Positions 19,239 to 28,924 of a DNA stretch of 64,000 bases are shown one piece after another. The stretch lies in NCBI GenBank assembly GCA_000091205.1, contig AP006501.2; one strand, written 5' to 3'. Made by a program: the position numbers and the translations under genes. This stretch comes from Cyanidioschyzon merolae. Lineage: Eukaryota. The notes beneath the pieces are model-generated. The model saw only the letters and a program-made list of their open reading frames with translations, made no database searches and was not told the origin of the DNA. Position 1 is the stretch's first letter. The number at the start of each line of letters is the position of its first letter.

Positions 19239-21491
19239 TCATCGCATTCGCGAGGCACTGGTGGAGAAAAGTTGACGCGCCAGGTCCGCCGAGAACGATG
19301 ACGACGATGGTGGTGGTGGTGGTGGTAGCGGCGATGGCGATGGCGACGATGATGATGATGATGATGATCGACGCAGTTCGTGTGCATCCAGCAACTCGGT
19401 GTCGGTGAGCAGCACCGAGGAGGCCGCATCCGCTACCGCCTCCATTGTGGCATGATCACTTGGACTGGTGCTCTCCGCGATGCCGGCAACGCGACCCGAT
19501 AATGATGGCGATAAAGACGACCGGATGTGATGATGGTTATTGGTGCTGTTGTTGCTATTGGTGCTGCTCATCTCGGATGCCATGTGCCGTCGATGGGTTG
19601 TCATAGCGTGTTCCGATGGTGCACGCCTTGCATCCCCGCTCACAGCGTCGGCAAGCTGGTCGTTGAACTGCATCGCTAGCGTCGACGCCTGCGAGCGATG
19701 ATTCATGGTTGACTGTTGTTGCAGTTGCTGTTGTTGCTGTAGTTGGTGCTGTCGTCGTCGCTTGCGCGCACAGAGACGGCAGTGATTGCCCCAATCACAG
19801 GTGCCTTGTCGTTGCATCATACGGCTGTGACGTTTGCGACAGTTGCCGCATACCTGTGTCGCGCAGCAAGCTTGACAGGTCCGATGTAGTTCTAAAGCAT
19901 CCGCGCTAGCGCGACTTCGCAGCGACTGGGAAGCTGAGCGTCGATCGAGTGCCCCCGACGAGGGCGAGTCAACGACAACCGCCTCGGGATCAGCCTCGCT
20001 CGTGGATCGATCCGCGTGCGGTTGGCTCCGACGCGTTCTCCTCGCAGTCGTTAGAAGCAAACCGTGATCGCTGAGGCCTTGCTCTGTGAGTACTCCGGCG
20101 GCCGCCTGGAATGCGGCATTTCTGGCACCGGCATCCAGGTTGGCTTGTCGACTAGCAGCGTCGCCTCCGAGCGCTGGTGTCTCCCACGGCGACGGCAGCG
20201 AGCTCCGCTGGCGAGCGCGTTGGCGCTGTCGACGAGTGCAGAGGCGACAGGCGTCGCCCCATTGGCATCGTCCATCAGGGGCATGTTTCATCATGCGATG
20301 ATGCCGTTGTCGACACGCCGGGCACACCGGTTTGTTCAGTCCGGGATCACTGCACTTGGGGCAGCGGATATGTCGCTCCAGGGGTGTCGTGCCTGTCGAC
20401 GGACCCAGCTGCCCTGCGCCGTCGTGCGCCACATACGGCGGAATATCATCCTGATCCCAGTTCAAGGCTTGGCTCTGTAGCGCCAGGGTGCTATGCTCGC
20501 CATCCTGGCCGGTTGGTCGTGCGCCCGACAAATAGCCTCGAAAGCTGGTACGGTCGCGTTCGCTGAGCAGGAGCATACCGCCACCAGTGGCGCCAGTACC
20601 CGTTCCAGTACCAGTTTCAGTACCCGTTCCAGTACCAGTTCCGATTCCGGTGCCGCGCTCGGACTCTGGATCCCTGAGCGGAGCAAAGAGCTTTGCTTGA
20701 GCGAGTTCATCATCTGTTTGCAGATGCACATTCTCGGGGATGTCTTCGGTGCCGGATTCTATCGGATTCGGCAGCCGCTCAGCCGGTATCAATACATCTC
20801 GGGCGGGGCGAAGCGCCGGTAGCACTCCTATTTTCACCGCCAAGTCCTGGGCGAAAGCCCGCGACGCGGATATCGGCGGCAGCGTCGGTGGCTCCATGGG
20901 CGACACCGAGGCCGCAGATACAACGCCGCACTCGGCACTGCCAGTGCCTTCGAGCCAGCCCTCAAAAATCTGCCGCTCTGGACTCTGCTTGTTTGGTAAA
21001 TCGGAGAGCATCGCATTCGCTGCCGTCACTGGGTTTCCATCGGCGCGAGTTGCGGACCCTGCACTGAAAGTGCGCCCAGCATCACGACGTACACCCAATG
21101 CAGTGCTTGCCGCTGTTGCAGTCGTTGAGGTCGGCGTATCCGGATCGTAGCGGGCGAAGTCGACGACGGCAAACAGGTAGTGGCTGGTGTCGGTGCTACG
21201 ACCCAGTGGACTAGGCGGTGGGCGCGGCTCGCTCTCCGCGAGTCGCTGGCGCGTCCGGCGGCCGATTCCTTCGCCCAGAGAGGAGTCTCCGGGTGACCCA
21301 TCCCTTGTTCCAAACGTCTCTGCAACGTGATCTGGAAAGTTATCGCTATTTACTGCGGAGTCGTCCCCGCCAAGACCCCAGTAGGCGTCCGACACCGCCA
21401 GATTACCTTCGTCGTCCACGTGCTCCGTCTGTGCACGCGAAGAAGCCGCAGCACTTCTCTTCGTCTGCCGCTCTCCTCGTCGCGGTGCCAT
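19239..21491 (-). CDS. Low-complexity protein with two copies of an unusual Cys-rich (C4HC3-like) motif and microsatellite-encoded tracts
   Basis: Contains 'CPKCSDPGLNKPVCPACRQRHHRMMKHAPDGRCQWGDACRLC' and 'CQACCATQVCGNCRKRHSRMMQRQGTCDWGNHCRLC'. Also (GT)n 'GTGIGTGTGTGTETGTGTGTG', polyQ, polyS and polyP tracts. The ORF-track start at 21572 is GTG; the first ATG is at 21489-21491. Confidence 0.45.
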   Translation of the reverse strand: MAPRRGERQTKRSAAASSRAQTEHVDDEGNLAVSDAYWGLGGDDSAVNSDNFPDHVAETFGTRDGSPGDSSLGEGIGRRTRQRLAESEPRPPPSPLGRSTDTSHYLFAVVDFARYDPDTPTSTTATAASTALGVRRDAGRTFSAGSATRADGNPVTAANAMLSDLPNKQSPERQIFEGWLEGTGSAECGVVSAASVSPMEPPTLPPISASRAFAQDLAVKIGVLPALRPARDVLIPAERLPNPIESGTEDIPENVHLQTDDELAQAKLFAPLRDPESERGTGIGTGTGTGTETGTGTGTGATGGGMLLLSERDRTSFRGYLSGARPTGQDGEHSTLALQSQALNWDQDDIPPYVAHDGAGQLGPSTGTTPLERHIRCPKCSDPGLNKPVCPACRQRHHRMMKHAPDGRCQWGDACRLCTRRQRQRARQRSSLPSPWETPALGGDAASRQANLDAGARNAAFQAAAGVLTEQGLSDHGLLLTTARRTRRSQPHADRSTSEADPEAVVVDSPSSGALDRRSASQSLRSRASADALELHRTCQACCATQVCGNCRKRHSRMMQRQGTCDWGNHCRLCARKRRRQHQLQQQQQLQQQSTMNHRSQASTLAMQFNDQLADAVSGDARRAPSEHAMTTHRRHMASEMSSTNSNNSTNNHHHIRSSLSPSLSGRVAGIAESTSPSDHATMEAVADAASSVLLTDTELLDAHELRRSSSSSSSSPSPSPLPPPPPPSSSSFSADLARQLFSTSASRMR
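19305..19371. repeat. (GGT)n(GGCGAT)n(GAT)n trinucleotide microsatellite inside the C-terminal coding region of the 19239..21491 gene
   Basis: 'gatggtggtggtggtggtggtagcggcgatggcgatggcgacgatgatgatgatgatgatgatc'. It encodes polySer/Pro in the minus-strand frame and generates the spurious His-rich ORF 19145..19429. Confidence 0.9.
20595..20655. repeat. Imperfect hexanucleotide repeat (GTACCA/GTTCCA-like) encoding a (Gly-Thr)n tract
   Basis: 'agtacccgttccagtaccagtttcagtacccgttccagtaccagttccgattccggtgcc'. Confidence 0.8.
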
Positions 21492-21801
21492 GCCACCCAA
21501 ACCAGTCCAGAAACGCTTACTTTCCGTTCCGACTGTGCTGACTGAGGCGTGCGCTGACGGGCTCGTGAGCACGAGCCCTCGCCCTGCGCGAGCGTGCTTC
21601 TACGGTGGCAGCAACGCGCCTCTTTCCGGGTGTTTCGTGACCTTCCAGTGAGCTAGTCTGCAGGTGCTGACTATTGACCACACTGGACGCCTTGTCCAGC
21701 TGCTCTGGCACCGGTGTTTCTCGTAAGCGGCCAGAAGATATCACCGGCAGCGGGAGCGGGCCTCCGCTGCTGGGCGCCTCCTCTGGCGACGTTGGCTGGC
21801 G

Positions 21802-21816
21802 CCCCCCCCCCCCCCC
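21802..21816. repeat. C15 homopolymer (G15 on the minus strand)
   Basis: 'ggcgccccccccccccccggtg' read directly from the sequence. Confidence 0.9.
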
Positions 21817-22740
21817 GGTGACGACTGGAGCGATCATTCGCTGCCGTCGCTGCTGCAGCTGATTTTTTACCTCTGACGAGGGGTTTCTATTGTATTTGGA
21901 ATCGCGTATTGCGGGATGGATATTACGATTTATGTAAGTGTTCATCAGGATGCTGAACTTCAAGTTCCATGACAGATACTTCCTTGCGGATGTACTGGTC
22001 GTTTCGGACGTTCTATCATGAGTCTAGTGCCTGCAGTACGCATACGCGTTAGCGCCGAGACCGCTGGAGCGGATATTTCATAGAGCCCGAACGGCTTTGC
22101 CATACGACTGGGGCGGGGGGTGTTGGCCCAAGGCATGATTCACTGGACATCGGGGTCGGAGCGTAGAATCATTCTGGGAGCGTGCAAGCTGTGCAGACGC
22201 ACTGCCTGTGGCAGCAGCGCGAAGCGATATACAAGGAGTACACTGCGACCAGGGCGATGCCCAGACGCTGGCTAACTGCTCGAAATCCCAGAATAAGCGG
22301 CGTTTCTGACGAGTTGCCCAGGTCTCAATAAAGCTCCTGCAACTGGGGGCCTGAAGCACAAGCCTGGCAGGCTCGTGCGACTCGCGGGACCTTACGTCCA
22401 GAAGGTAAACTCTCGACGATACGGAAACCTTTGCCCCCTTTTATCGTTTGTCGTAGAGGGGCAAAGAAAATGTTATCTCGCTACTAGTTTGTAACTAGTC
22501 TCTGTCCTTTTGGGTATATCATGCGCTCGATACGCGCACCTCCATATCTGGCAGTCACAAGACCTGACGTGTATCGCGCCGATGAAGGGAAACGCGATCC
22601 TGATCATGAGCGTGTAGCTCCAACGTACAGGACGCATTTGCGTTGAGGTCATGCGAAAGTATAGTATTTCATCCCAGATGAGTTTCGACCCTCAATGGAG
22701 TGTATTCAAGTGATTTTTCGCGGTTTATAGTAGTAGCGTT

Positions 22741-23140
22741 CAAAGAGCATTCTTTTCCAAAAACAAAAAATCCAAGGGACAGGTATCGACCTGGATGTTG
22801 GGAATCCTTAAGGGCCATCATCGTCGAATTCGACGAAGAATAACCGAAGAAGAAATCCTCTTTTCGTCGACTATCGAGCGAACATGAGCGAACGATGCGG
22901 ACGAAGAAGACCGAGAATGGATGTAGGCGAGAAAGTGTGTGCCCGACGAGACGATGACGAGACTGTAGTGGCACAGAGGGCGCGGGTTCTGGGAATCCTT
23001 GGAAAATTGCGTTCAGCCAGAGGCAATAAACGTATGGTGCTCGTGAACCGAGACTTTAACGCCGTCATCAATATCAGACGATGGGCGGTGCTGAAGACGA
23101 GACACGAGGAGCTTACGCGATCTAGCTTTGTGGAGTAGCC
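22741..23140 (+). pseudogene. Degenerate TnpB/Fanzor-like (IS200/IS605 OrfB-type RuvC) remnant, copy 1
   Basis: The in-frame translation ends '...KRMVLVNRDFNAVINIRRWAVL', matching the TnpB/Fanzor/Cas12 RuvC-III signature (D/N)RDxNAAxNI(x)RR. About 35 codons upstream in the same frame is 'KIQGTGIDLDVGNP' (RuvC-I 'GIDLG'-like), followed by a stop, which suggests an internally deleted relic. It is homologous to a second copy at ~42430-42970. Confidence 0.4.
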
Positions 23141-23204
23141 TCTCATGGGCGATGTGTACAGGGAGAAGCTGAAACCGATAGCAGGTCGCCTGTGTAGATA
23201 GGCT

Positions 23205-23257
23205 GGGAGGCGTCTGCACGTGGGTGTCAGTTTACGATCTCGAGGCGACGCCTCCAG
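23205..23257. other. 9-bp-stem inverted repeat (hairpin) ~70 bp downstream of the TnpB-like C-terminus
   Basis: 'ggaggcgtc' (23207-23215) pairs with 'gacgcctcc' (23247-23255); the 31-nt loop contains a cacgtg palindrome. Confidence 0.5.
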
Positions 23258-24119
23258 TGGTGCGGAAAGGCCGTTCTGTCTGCGCTAATGCGAGACGCGT
23301 GGTGGTTACCTGGGCCCTGCTTTTCCCTTATAGGCTATTACGTGAGCCCTTGGGCACCTTCAGCACAGAAACGTTTCCAGTCTGCAACGTGGCGGGATAA
23401 GCGAGTCGAGCTCGGAGCGCTCCGTGTACAATCACGCTGTCTCCTTTCGCAAGTTACGATGCGTACCTGTTTCGCGGCTGGATTTTTGGCACCAAAAGCG
23501 CTGTAGGTACCGGGTTCAGGTACAGTTCCATCTCGCCAGATGCTGTTGGTGTCGAAGGATCGGCTTCAGGAGGAGGTAAGCGTCCGGCATTGCGTACCAA
23601 GAGGTCTGCGACGAGGCGTTCATCGCGCAGTTCGTCGCATCAGCAGGCGGGCACTGCTTGTAATCGACTGCCTGAGCGCTTCATTGAGACGATTCATAAA
23701 AGCCATCGTCGCCTTCAGATATCACTCTGAGAACTGTTTGGACGCTGCAGAACGATTCTCGGGATGCGCGAAACATGCCCAGAGTCGGCACCTGGCATGG
23801 GGTAGGGTCCTGGTCTGTTGTGGTGTAGGATCCTTAAATCTAACCAGGTTTCTGGCGATGCGCATCCGCTTCTGATGACCACGAAAGAGGCCTCGTTCGC
23901 TTCACTAGCGCATGTGTGTGTTCGGCAAGTCCCAGTCAAAATGCCCAACAGGTATAGAGGCTTGCTCATTCCAAAGGAACAGCGGTTATCGAGTCTACAG
24001 TGGGCGCTCGCGCCACCGCGGGCTCATTCTCACACGCTCACCGCAGAGGTTCGTTTCCTAACGAGCAACTCGCGCGTCTGCAGGCGCATTCTCCAACGAG
24101 ATGCCGACCCTGAAAACGT

Positions 24120-24345
24120 ATATTTCGCTGTATTCCAAGTCTGGAATCATCCGAGGCACTAGATGCGAAGGCAGCCGGTTTCGGGAAGTGCTCGTCCCAG
24201 TCTGATACCGGAAATCCCGCTGTATTCCAGGTCTGGAATCATCCGAGGCACTAGATGCGAAGGCATCCGGTTTCGGGAAGTGGTAGTGCCTCCATCCGAT
24301 CGTATATCTCGTTGTACCCCAGGTCTGTAATCATCCAGATCACGA
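24120..24345. repeat. ~94-bp tandem repeat, 2 full units plus a partial third
   Basis: 'gctgtattccaagtctggaatcatccgaggcactagatgcgaaggcagccggtttcgggaagtg' recurs at 24221 with 2-3 mismatches. A degenerate third unit follows ('gttgtaccccaggtctgtaatcatccagatcac'). Confidence 0.85.
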
Positions 24346-24562
24346 CATACATAGGCATTATGTGTCGGGTACTCGACATTCCGCCTTGCTCGTGCTTCGC
24401 GCTGGCATACGATACAAATGAAGCACAGCCGCAGTTGCGCAGTCGCGGTTGCCAGGCCCGCGTTGCGTACGGCTGCGATGCCCGCCGGAGGACACAGCCT
24501 TGTGCTACGCTGGGCTCGTGCGGCGTTGCGCCCGTATACTGTTGGGCTCCGTTGGAGACGGT

Positions 24563-25372
24563 ATGTCGGTTAGGTGGAAGCGGCTTCAAGCACAGCTCGG
24601 TTTCCTGTCTAGTGGACTGCGCATGCAGCATACAATTTCGGAAAGCAAAGCACAAGGTGAACGAGCGCAAACTATAGCAGAACGACTGTGCAAGGTACGG
24701 GAGCGAATTCAAGTCGCTGCGCTTGCCGCAAAACGCGACCCTGCACGGGTTCGCCTAGTTGCTGTGAGCAAAACGCACGCTGCCGGTACCGTGCGGGAGG
24801 CGTATGACGCAGGTCAACGCCACTTTGGGGAGAACTACGTCCAGGAGCTGGTTGAGAAAGCGGAACAGCTACCGACAGACATAAACTGGCACTTTATCGG
24901 ACACCTGCAGAGCAATAAAGTGAGGACGCTGTTGAGTGTCCCGAACCTCTGGTGCGTTGAGACTGTCGATCGACCCAAGCTTGCGAATACACTGAACCGC
25001 CTCATGGACGAGTTGCGTCCCGACGGAGGTCCGATACCTGTGATGGTGCAGGTGAATGTCAGCGGGGAAGCGAGCAAGGCCGGGATAGAACCCGCTGCCG
25101 CTCCCGAACTCGTCGAGCACATCCTGCAGGCTTGCCCGCGGCTGAAGCTCCTCGGTTTAATGACGATAGGCTCGCCGGACCCGAGTCCAGAGCCTGTGGC
25201 GTTCCAAAGGCTCTCGCACTTACGAGACCAAATACAGGACCGGTTTAGGTTTCAAGAGCCGCTCGAGCTCAGCATGGGTATGAGTGATGACTTTGAGGCG
25301 GCGGTACGCATGGGTAGCACCAATGTACGCATCGGATCCACTATATTCGGGCCGCGTGTCTATCCGCAATGA
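24563..25372 (+). CDS. PLPBP: Pyridoxal phosphate homeostasis protein (YggS/PROSC/PLPBP family, alanine-racemase-N fold)
   Basis: 'RLVAVSKTHAAGTVREAYDAGQRHFGENYVQELVEKA...WHFIGHLQSNKVRTL...VETVDRPKLA...LLGLMTIG...LSMGMSDDFEAAVRMGSTNVRIGSTIFG' is the canonical YggS/PROSC motif series, including the PLP-binding Lys in 'VSKT'. In-frame ATGs are at 24563 and 24623; the ORF also extends upstream to 24449. Confidence 0.85.
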   Translation: MSVRWKRLQAQLGFLSSGLRMQHTISESKAQGERAQTIAERLCKVRERIQVAALAAKRDPARVRLVAVSKTHAAGTVREAYDAGQRHFGENYVQELVEKAEQLPTDINWHFIGHLQSNKVRTLLSVPNLWCVETVDRPKLANTLNRLMDELRPDGGPIPVMVQVNVSGEASKAGIEPAAAPELVEHILQACPRLKLLGLMTIGSPDPSPEPVAFQRLSHLRDQIQDRFRFQEPLELSMGMSDDFEAAVRMGSTNVRIGSTIFGPRVYPQ

Positions 25373-25993
25373 ACAGATCAATGCTGCAGACGTTTTCAGG
25401 CGTTCTCTCCGGAGCTGGTTTGCGGCACGAATACGCAGCGACACCAGGTGCTCAGCAGTCCGCTCATACTCGATACCGGAACGCACCTGCACCTGAACGA
25501 TACCGATCAGCTTGCCCGTAACCCTCTCGTCAAGAAAGCGTGCGACTGGCGTAGCCCGTGAGCGTTGCGCCTGTGCGTAGCTATGAAGAAACGCACCGGC
25601 GGGGGCTTTAGCTGGGCGGCGAACCATATAGAATACACTGTTTAGGGTCTCTCATATCAGCTATCGGACGAGACGGCCTCGTATTCCAACCCCTGCTGGT
25701 GCGCAACTCGTTTCCAACTTCGTTCATTTGCGTTGTTCATGGAAGAGAAACCAGCTTGCGCTCTAAACAACTCGCTGCCGAAATGTTCAGGTTCACAGTG
25801 TTATACAGGAAACCGGGACAGCATGGCAAGCGTCTACGCTGTTGTCGTGTCATCACCACGAGCCCGAACCGACGTTGCGTGACGCCCTGGCCGTTGCTGA
25901 AGCCGTCCGACTCGCCAGAACGCTCTCCTCACCACTATGGCAGCCGCTGCTCTCGTATCGGGGAAATCCAAAATTGCACCCTCTGGTTTCAAA

Positions 25994-26380
25994 TCAACGC
26001 CGCAGTGCCAGTGCGACCCAGCCCAGAATAAACGCAGTTCCGCCGAGCGGCGCTACTGCACCGAGCCTCCGTTTACCCGTCAGCGTCAGCGCATAGAGAG
26101 AGCCCGAGAATAAAGCGATCCCAGTGGCGAAACACAAGCTTGCAACTTTGGCGGGTCGGTTTTCAAACGCACCACCTCGTGCAGCCAGCGCTAGTGCCAA
26201 CGAGTGCACCAGGTGGTAGGTTGCGCCGGTCTCCCAGATGCGTAGCAGCTTCGGGTCACTCACCCGGCGTGGCAATGCGTGGGAGCCAAACGCTCCCAAC
26301 GCAACCGCGAGTGCTCCCGAAAAGCCGGCGACACGCTGAACCGCGCTGGAACTCTCCCAAAACCCGGGCGTCTTCATCAT
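25994..26380 (-). CDS. DUF423/TMEM256-like small membrane protein
   Basis: 'AGFSGALAVALGAFGSHAL...WETGATYHLVHSLALALAA...LCFATGIALFSGSLYALTLTG' has four TM helices and DUF423-like Gly-rich motifs. The ATG pair 'MMKT' is at 26375-26380 (minus strand). Confidence 0.55.
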   Translation of the reverse strand: MMKTPGFWESSSAVQRVAGFSGALAVALGAFGSHALPRRVSDPKLLRIWETGATYHLVHSLALALAARGGAFENRPAKVASLCFATGIALFSGSLYALTLTGKRRLGAVAPLGGTAFILGWVALALRR

Positions 26381-26593
26381 GGTATCCACCAGGCCTGACG
26401 AGCGCGCATGCGAGAAGTCATCGCGAAGAATCGCGGCGCGCACGCCGCCCGAAAGCGAAATCATTCATGTGGGAATTTTAGCGGGAAAACGCTGGCTTTG
26501 GCGCTGAAACATATGATCGCGCTCGCTGCACCCGTGCTGGAATCGGAGGCGCGCGGCTCACAGCGGAAGCGATCTGGTGGTGCCGTCCATCCA

Positions 26594-26664
26594 GTGCGTG
26601 CTTATGCGCGTTTATGCGTGTTTATGCGTGTTTATGCGTGTATGCGTGTATGCGTGTATGCGTG
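26594..26664. repeat. (TATGCGTGTT)n/(TATGCGTG)n microsatellite in the divergent promoter region between the DUF423 gene and the 26740 ORF
   Basis: 'tgcgtgcttatgcgcgtttatgcgtgtttatgcgtgtttatgcgtgtatgcgtgtatgcgtgtatgcgtg'. Confidence 0.9.
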
Positions 26665-26739
26665 AACCTCATAGACTCAGTTGCAGCTCTGTAGGCATTG
26701 GTGCTCAAACGACGGGTTTCGGGTCTATCAGCCATCGAA

Positions 26740-27783
26740 ATGAATGCCGAGGCGGCGCAGGAGAGTCAGGATCTTTACGCGAAAGATTTGCGGCATGTTG
26801 CGCAAGACTATTTCGTGGTGAGGACTCTCTGCAAAAGACTCGTTGTGGTGGAGTTAGAACTCTACCGAGCTCGGCGCCTGTGTAGAGCTTGGGCTCAGGC
26901 GCTAACTGCACAACGCCAACACACACCGCCGTGCATGCACGAGCAGCAGACGAGCAGCGAACTTATATCTGCTGCGGCTCATGGCACTTGTCCTTATCGC
27001 GAAGCAATGCTCTATCTATTCCGTCAGGTAGCGGAAACAGGTTCCGTGTCGGAGTATTTACGTGACGTTGAGCACAGGGGCGCTCGTGCGTCCTCTTTGA
27101 AGGCTCTGCTGGAAAGCCGATCGCCACCCACGCAGTGGACTCGTCACGAAAGCGCCTCGGCGGACTCTTCTGCAGCCTCTGGTCTGGCACATGGGAACCG
27201 AGTCCAGAGTCAGAGGGCACAAGCGCGGAGCGCAAACGTCAGCGACGGCGCCGAGCGGGCGTCCGCGCAACGGGTGCCGGCTCCGTCATCCTCGGAACCG
27301 GCGATCATGCAGGGCCAGCAGCTACCAGCTAACGTCGGTACCGATTTGAGCCAAGCCGGGCATTCGAAGCGACCATTGCAGTTCCAAACGCGTGGTACCA
27401 CGGGCCCCGAAATGGGCCCGTCTCGAACGACGACGCTCGCTGGATTCCGAGCAGCGCAAATGCCAACGAATGCTAGTGCATCTCAACAGAACCGGTGGCC
27501 GCCCTGGAACGAGCAGTTCATGGAAGCGCTCATGGAGAGCGAACGCGACACCGTTGCTGGGCTTATCGAACAAGAACGACTACAGACGCAGCTCAACCTT
27601 CTGCGCGGTGTCATGATGGATCTTGAGGTTCTGCTCGAACGATGTCCTTGCGAGGACGCAGACGGAGCGATTGATTGCATCGACAGTGCAGATGACGACG
27701 AGAATTCGTTACCACCTCTGGCTGAGAATGGCCATATCCGCAGCAACAAGGCCGAGATGTCGACCAATACCTTCGCATGCTAG
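26740..27783 (+). CDS. Hypothetical protein (no recognisable domain; Ser/Ala/Gln-rich middle, acidic Cys-containing C-terminus)
   Basis: 347-aa ORF from the first ATG (the ORF-track start at 26698 is TTG). Coding status is inferred only from length and its position in a divergent promoter arrangement. Confidence 0.3.
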   Translation: MNAEAAQESQDLYAKDLRHVAQDYFVVRTLCKRLVVVELELYRARRLCRAWAQALTAQRQHTPPCMHEQQTSSELISAAAHGTCPYREAMLYLFRQVAETGSVSEYLRDVEHRGARASSLKALLESRSPPTQWTRHESASADSSAASGLAHGNRVQSQRAQARSANVSDGAERASAQRVPAPSSSEPAIMQGQQLPANVGTDLSQAGHSKRPLQFQTRGTTGPEMGPSRTTTLAGFRAAQMPTNASASQQNRWPPWNEQFMEALMESERDTVAGLIEQERLQTQLNLLRGVMMDLEVLLERCPCEDADGAIDCIDSADDDENSLPPLAENGHIRSNKAEMSTNTFAC

Positions 27784-28924
27784 CAGGGCCAAACCCGATG
27801 GACACTGCGGTATCGTGATCAAGATGGTCACATCAGACTGCGTATTGTCATTCATTGAACAAGTGCTCCCAGTGCAGCCGTCCCAGGCCAGTCTTTTTTT
27901 CGTTTGGTCGCTGTATTGGGACGCGTTCAAACGAATTTGCCGAACAAATTTTATGGCCAGCTTTCAGACGCTTTGCAGACCGCGCTACAGCGTTCTAGGC
28001 CTTTCTGAGCTACGATGCATCTCCCGTGCGCATGAGCTGAGGCGCGTTTGAATCGATATTCAACGCAGAGGCGCTGGACGTTTGTGCATACGCGATCTGC
28101 AATGCCAGTCATTACCGGTCTAGAGTCCTGCTGCGTCGTCGTCGTTGCCATCGACATCGCCGTAGACTGGAAACTGCGTCCTCGGGTATGAGATCCATGA
28201 ATTCGCCCGCGACGCGTCGACAGACGACCTGTACGTCCGGACAGCCCCTGGCAATCATTGTTCGGGTCAGACAAGTATCGCAATGCACTGCATGGATAGA
28301 GCAGCTGCTGTGTGTGCGTTGTCGCAGCCAATCCAGCTGAGCGTCATGGCGTGCACTATAGAGCAGAACGGTATATGCGGGCGCCGGTCTGGCGAAACAT
28401 CGTAGCAGGCCATTCCACAGATGCTCACGCCCATGGACAGCGGGGCGGCGTACGCCACATGACCATGGAAGCGAAGAAAATGCGCCCCCAGAAAACTTTG
28501 CTCCAAAAAGAATCAAACGGATACATGATACCAAACAGAGCCGCATCGGTCGCAGTGGCTATCCTGCTGGCGAGCGCTGGCTGCGCGTCAAGCTGCAAGT
28601 TGAGGCGCTCACTGCTGACATCGTTCCGCCCCGTTCTTCGGCACAAATTCGAACGCTCCACAAAGATGACCACATGGTGCTGGAGGAGCGCGCGCATGCG
28701 CCCGTCCTCATACACTTGGCCGGTTACCGCGAGTTTTCAAACCATCTGGTTCAATGTTTGGAGTGGCTGTCTATGCGGGATGCCACCTCACGCATGCTGC
28801 GTTCTCAGACGGTGGCATCGCTCGCTGGCATGCAACCAACGCGCGCGTCGTTTCAAGCTCGCCAGCAGCAGCAGCAGCACCAGCAGCGATCGCAAAATGC
28901 CGCACACGACGACTGCTCATGCAT

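Noticed and set aside
19145-19429. His/Arg-rich 94-aa ORF (HHHHHHRRHRHRR...)
   Set aside because: It is the alternative-frame reading of the (GAT/GGT)n microsatellite that lies inside the C-terminal coding region of the 19239..21491 gene, so it is a spurious ORF.
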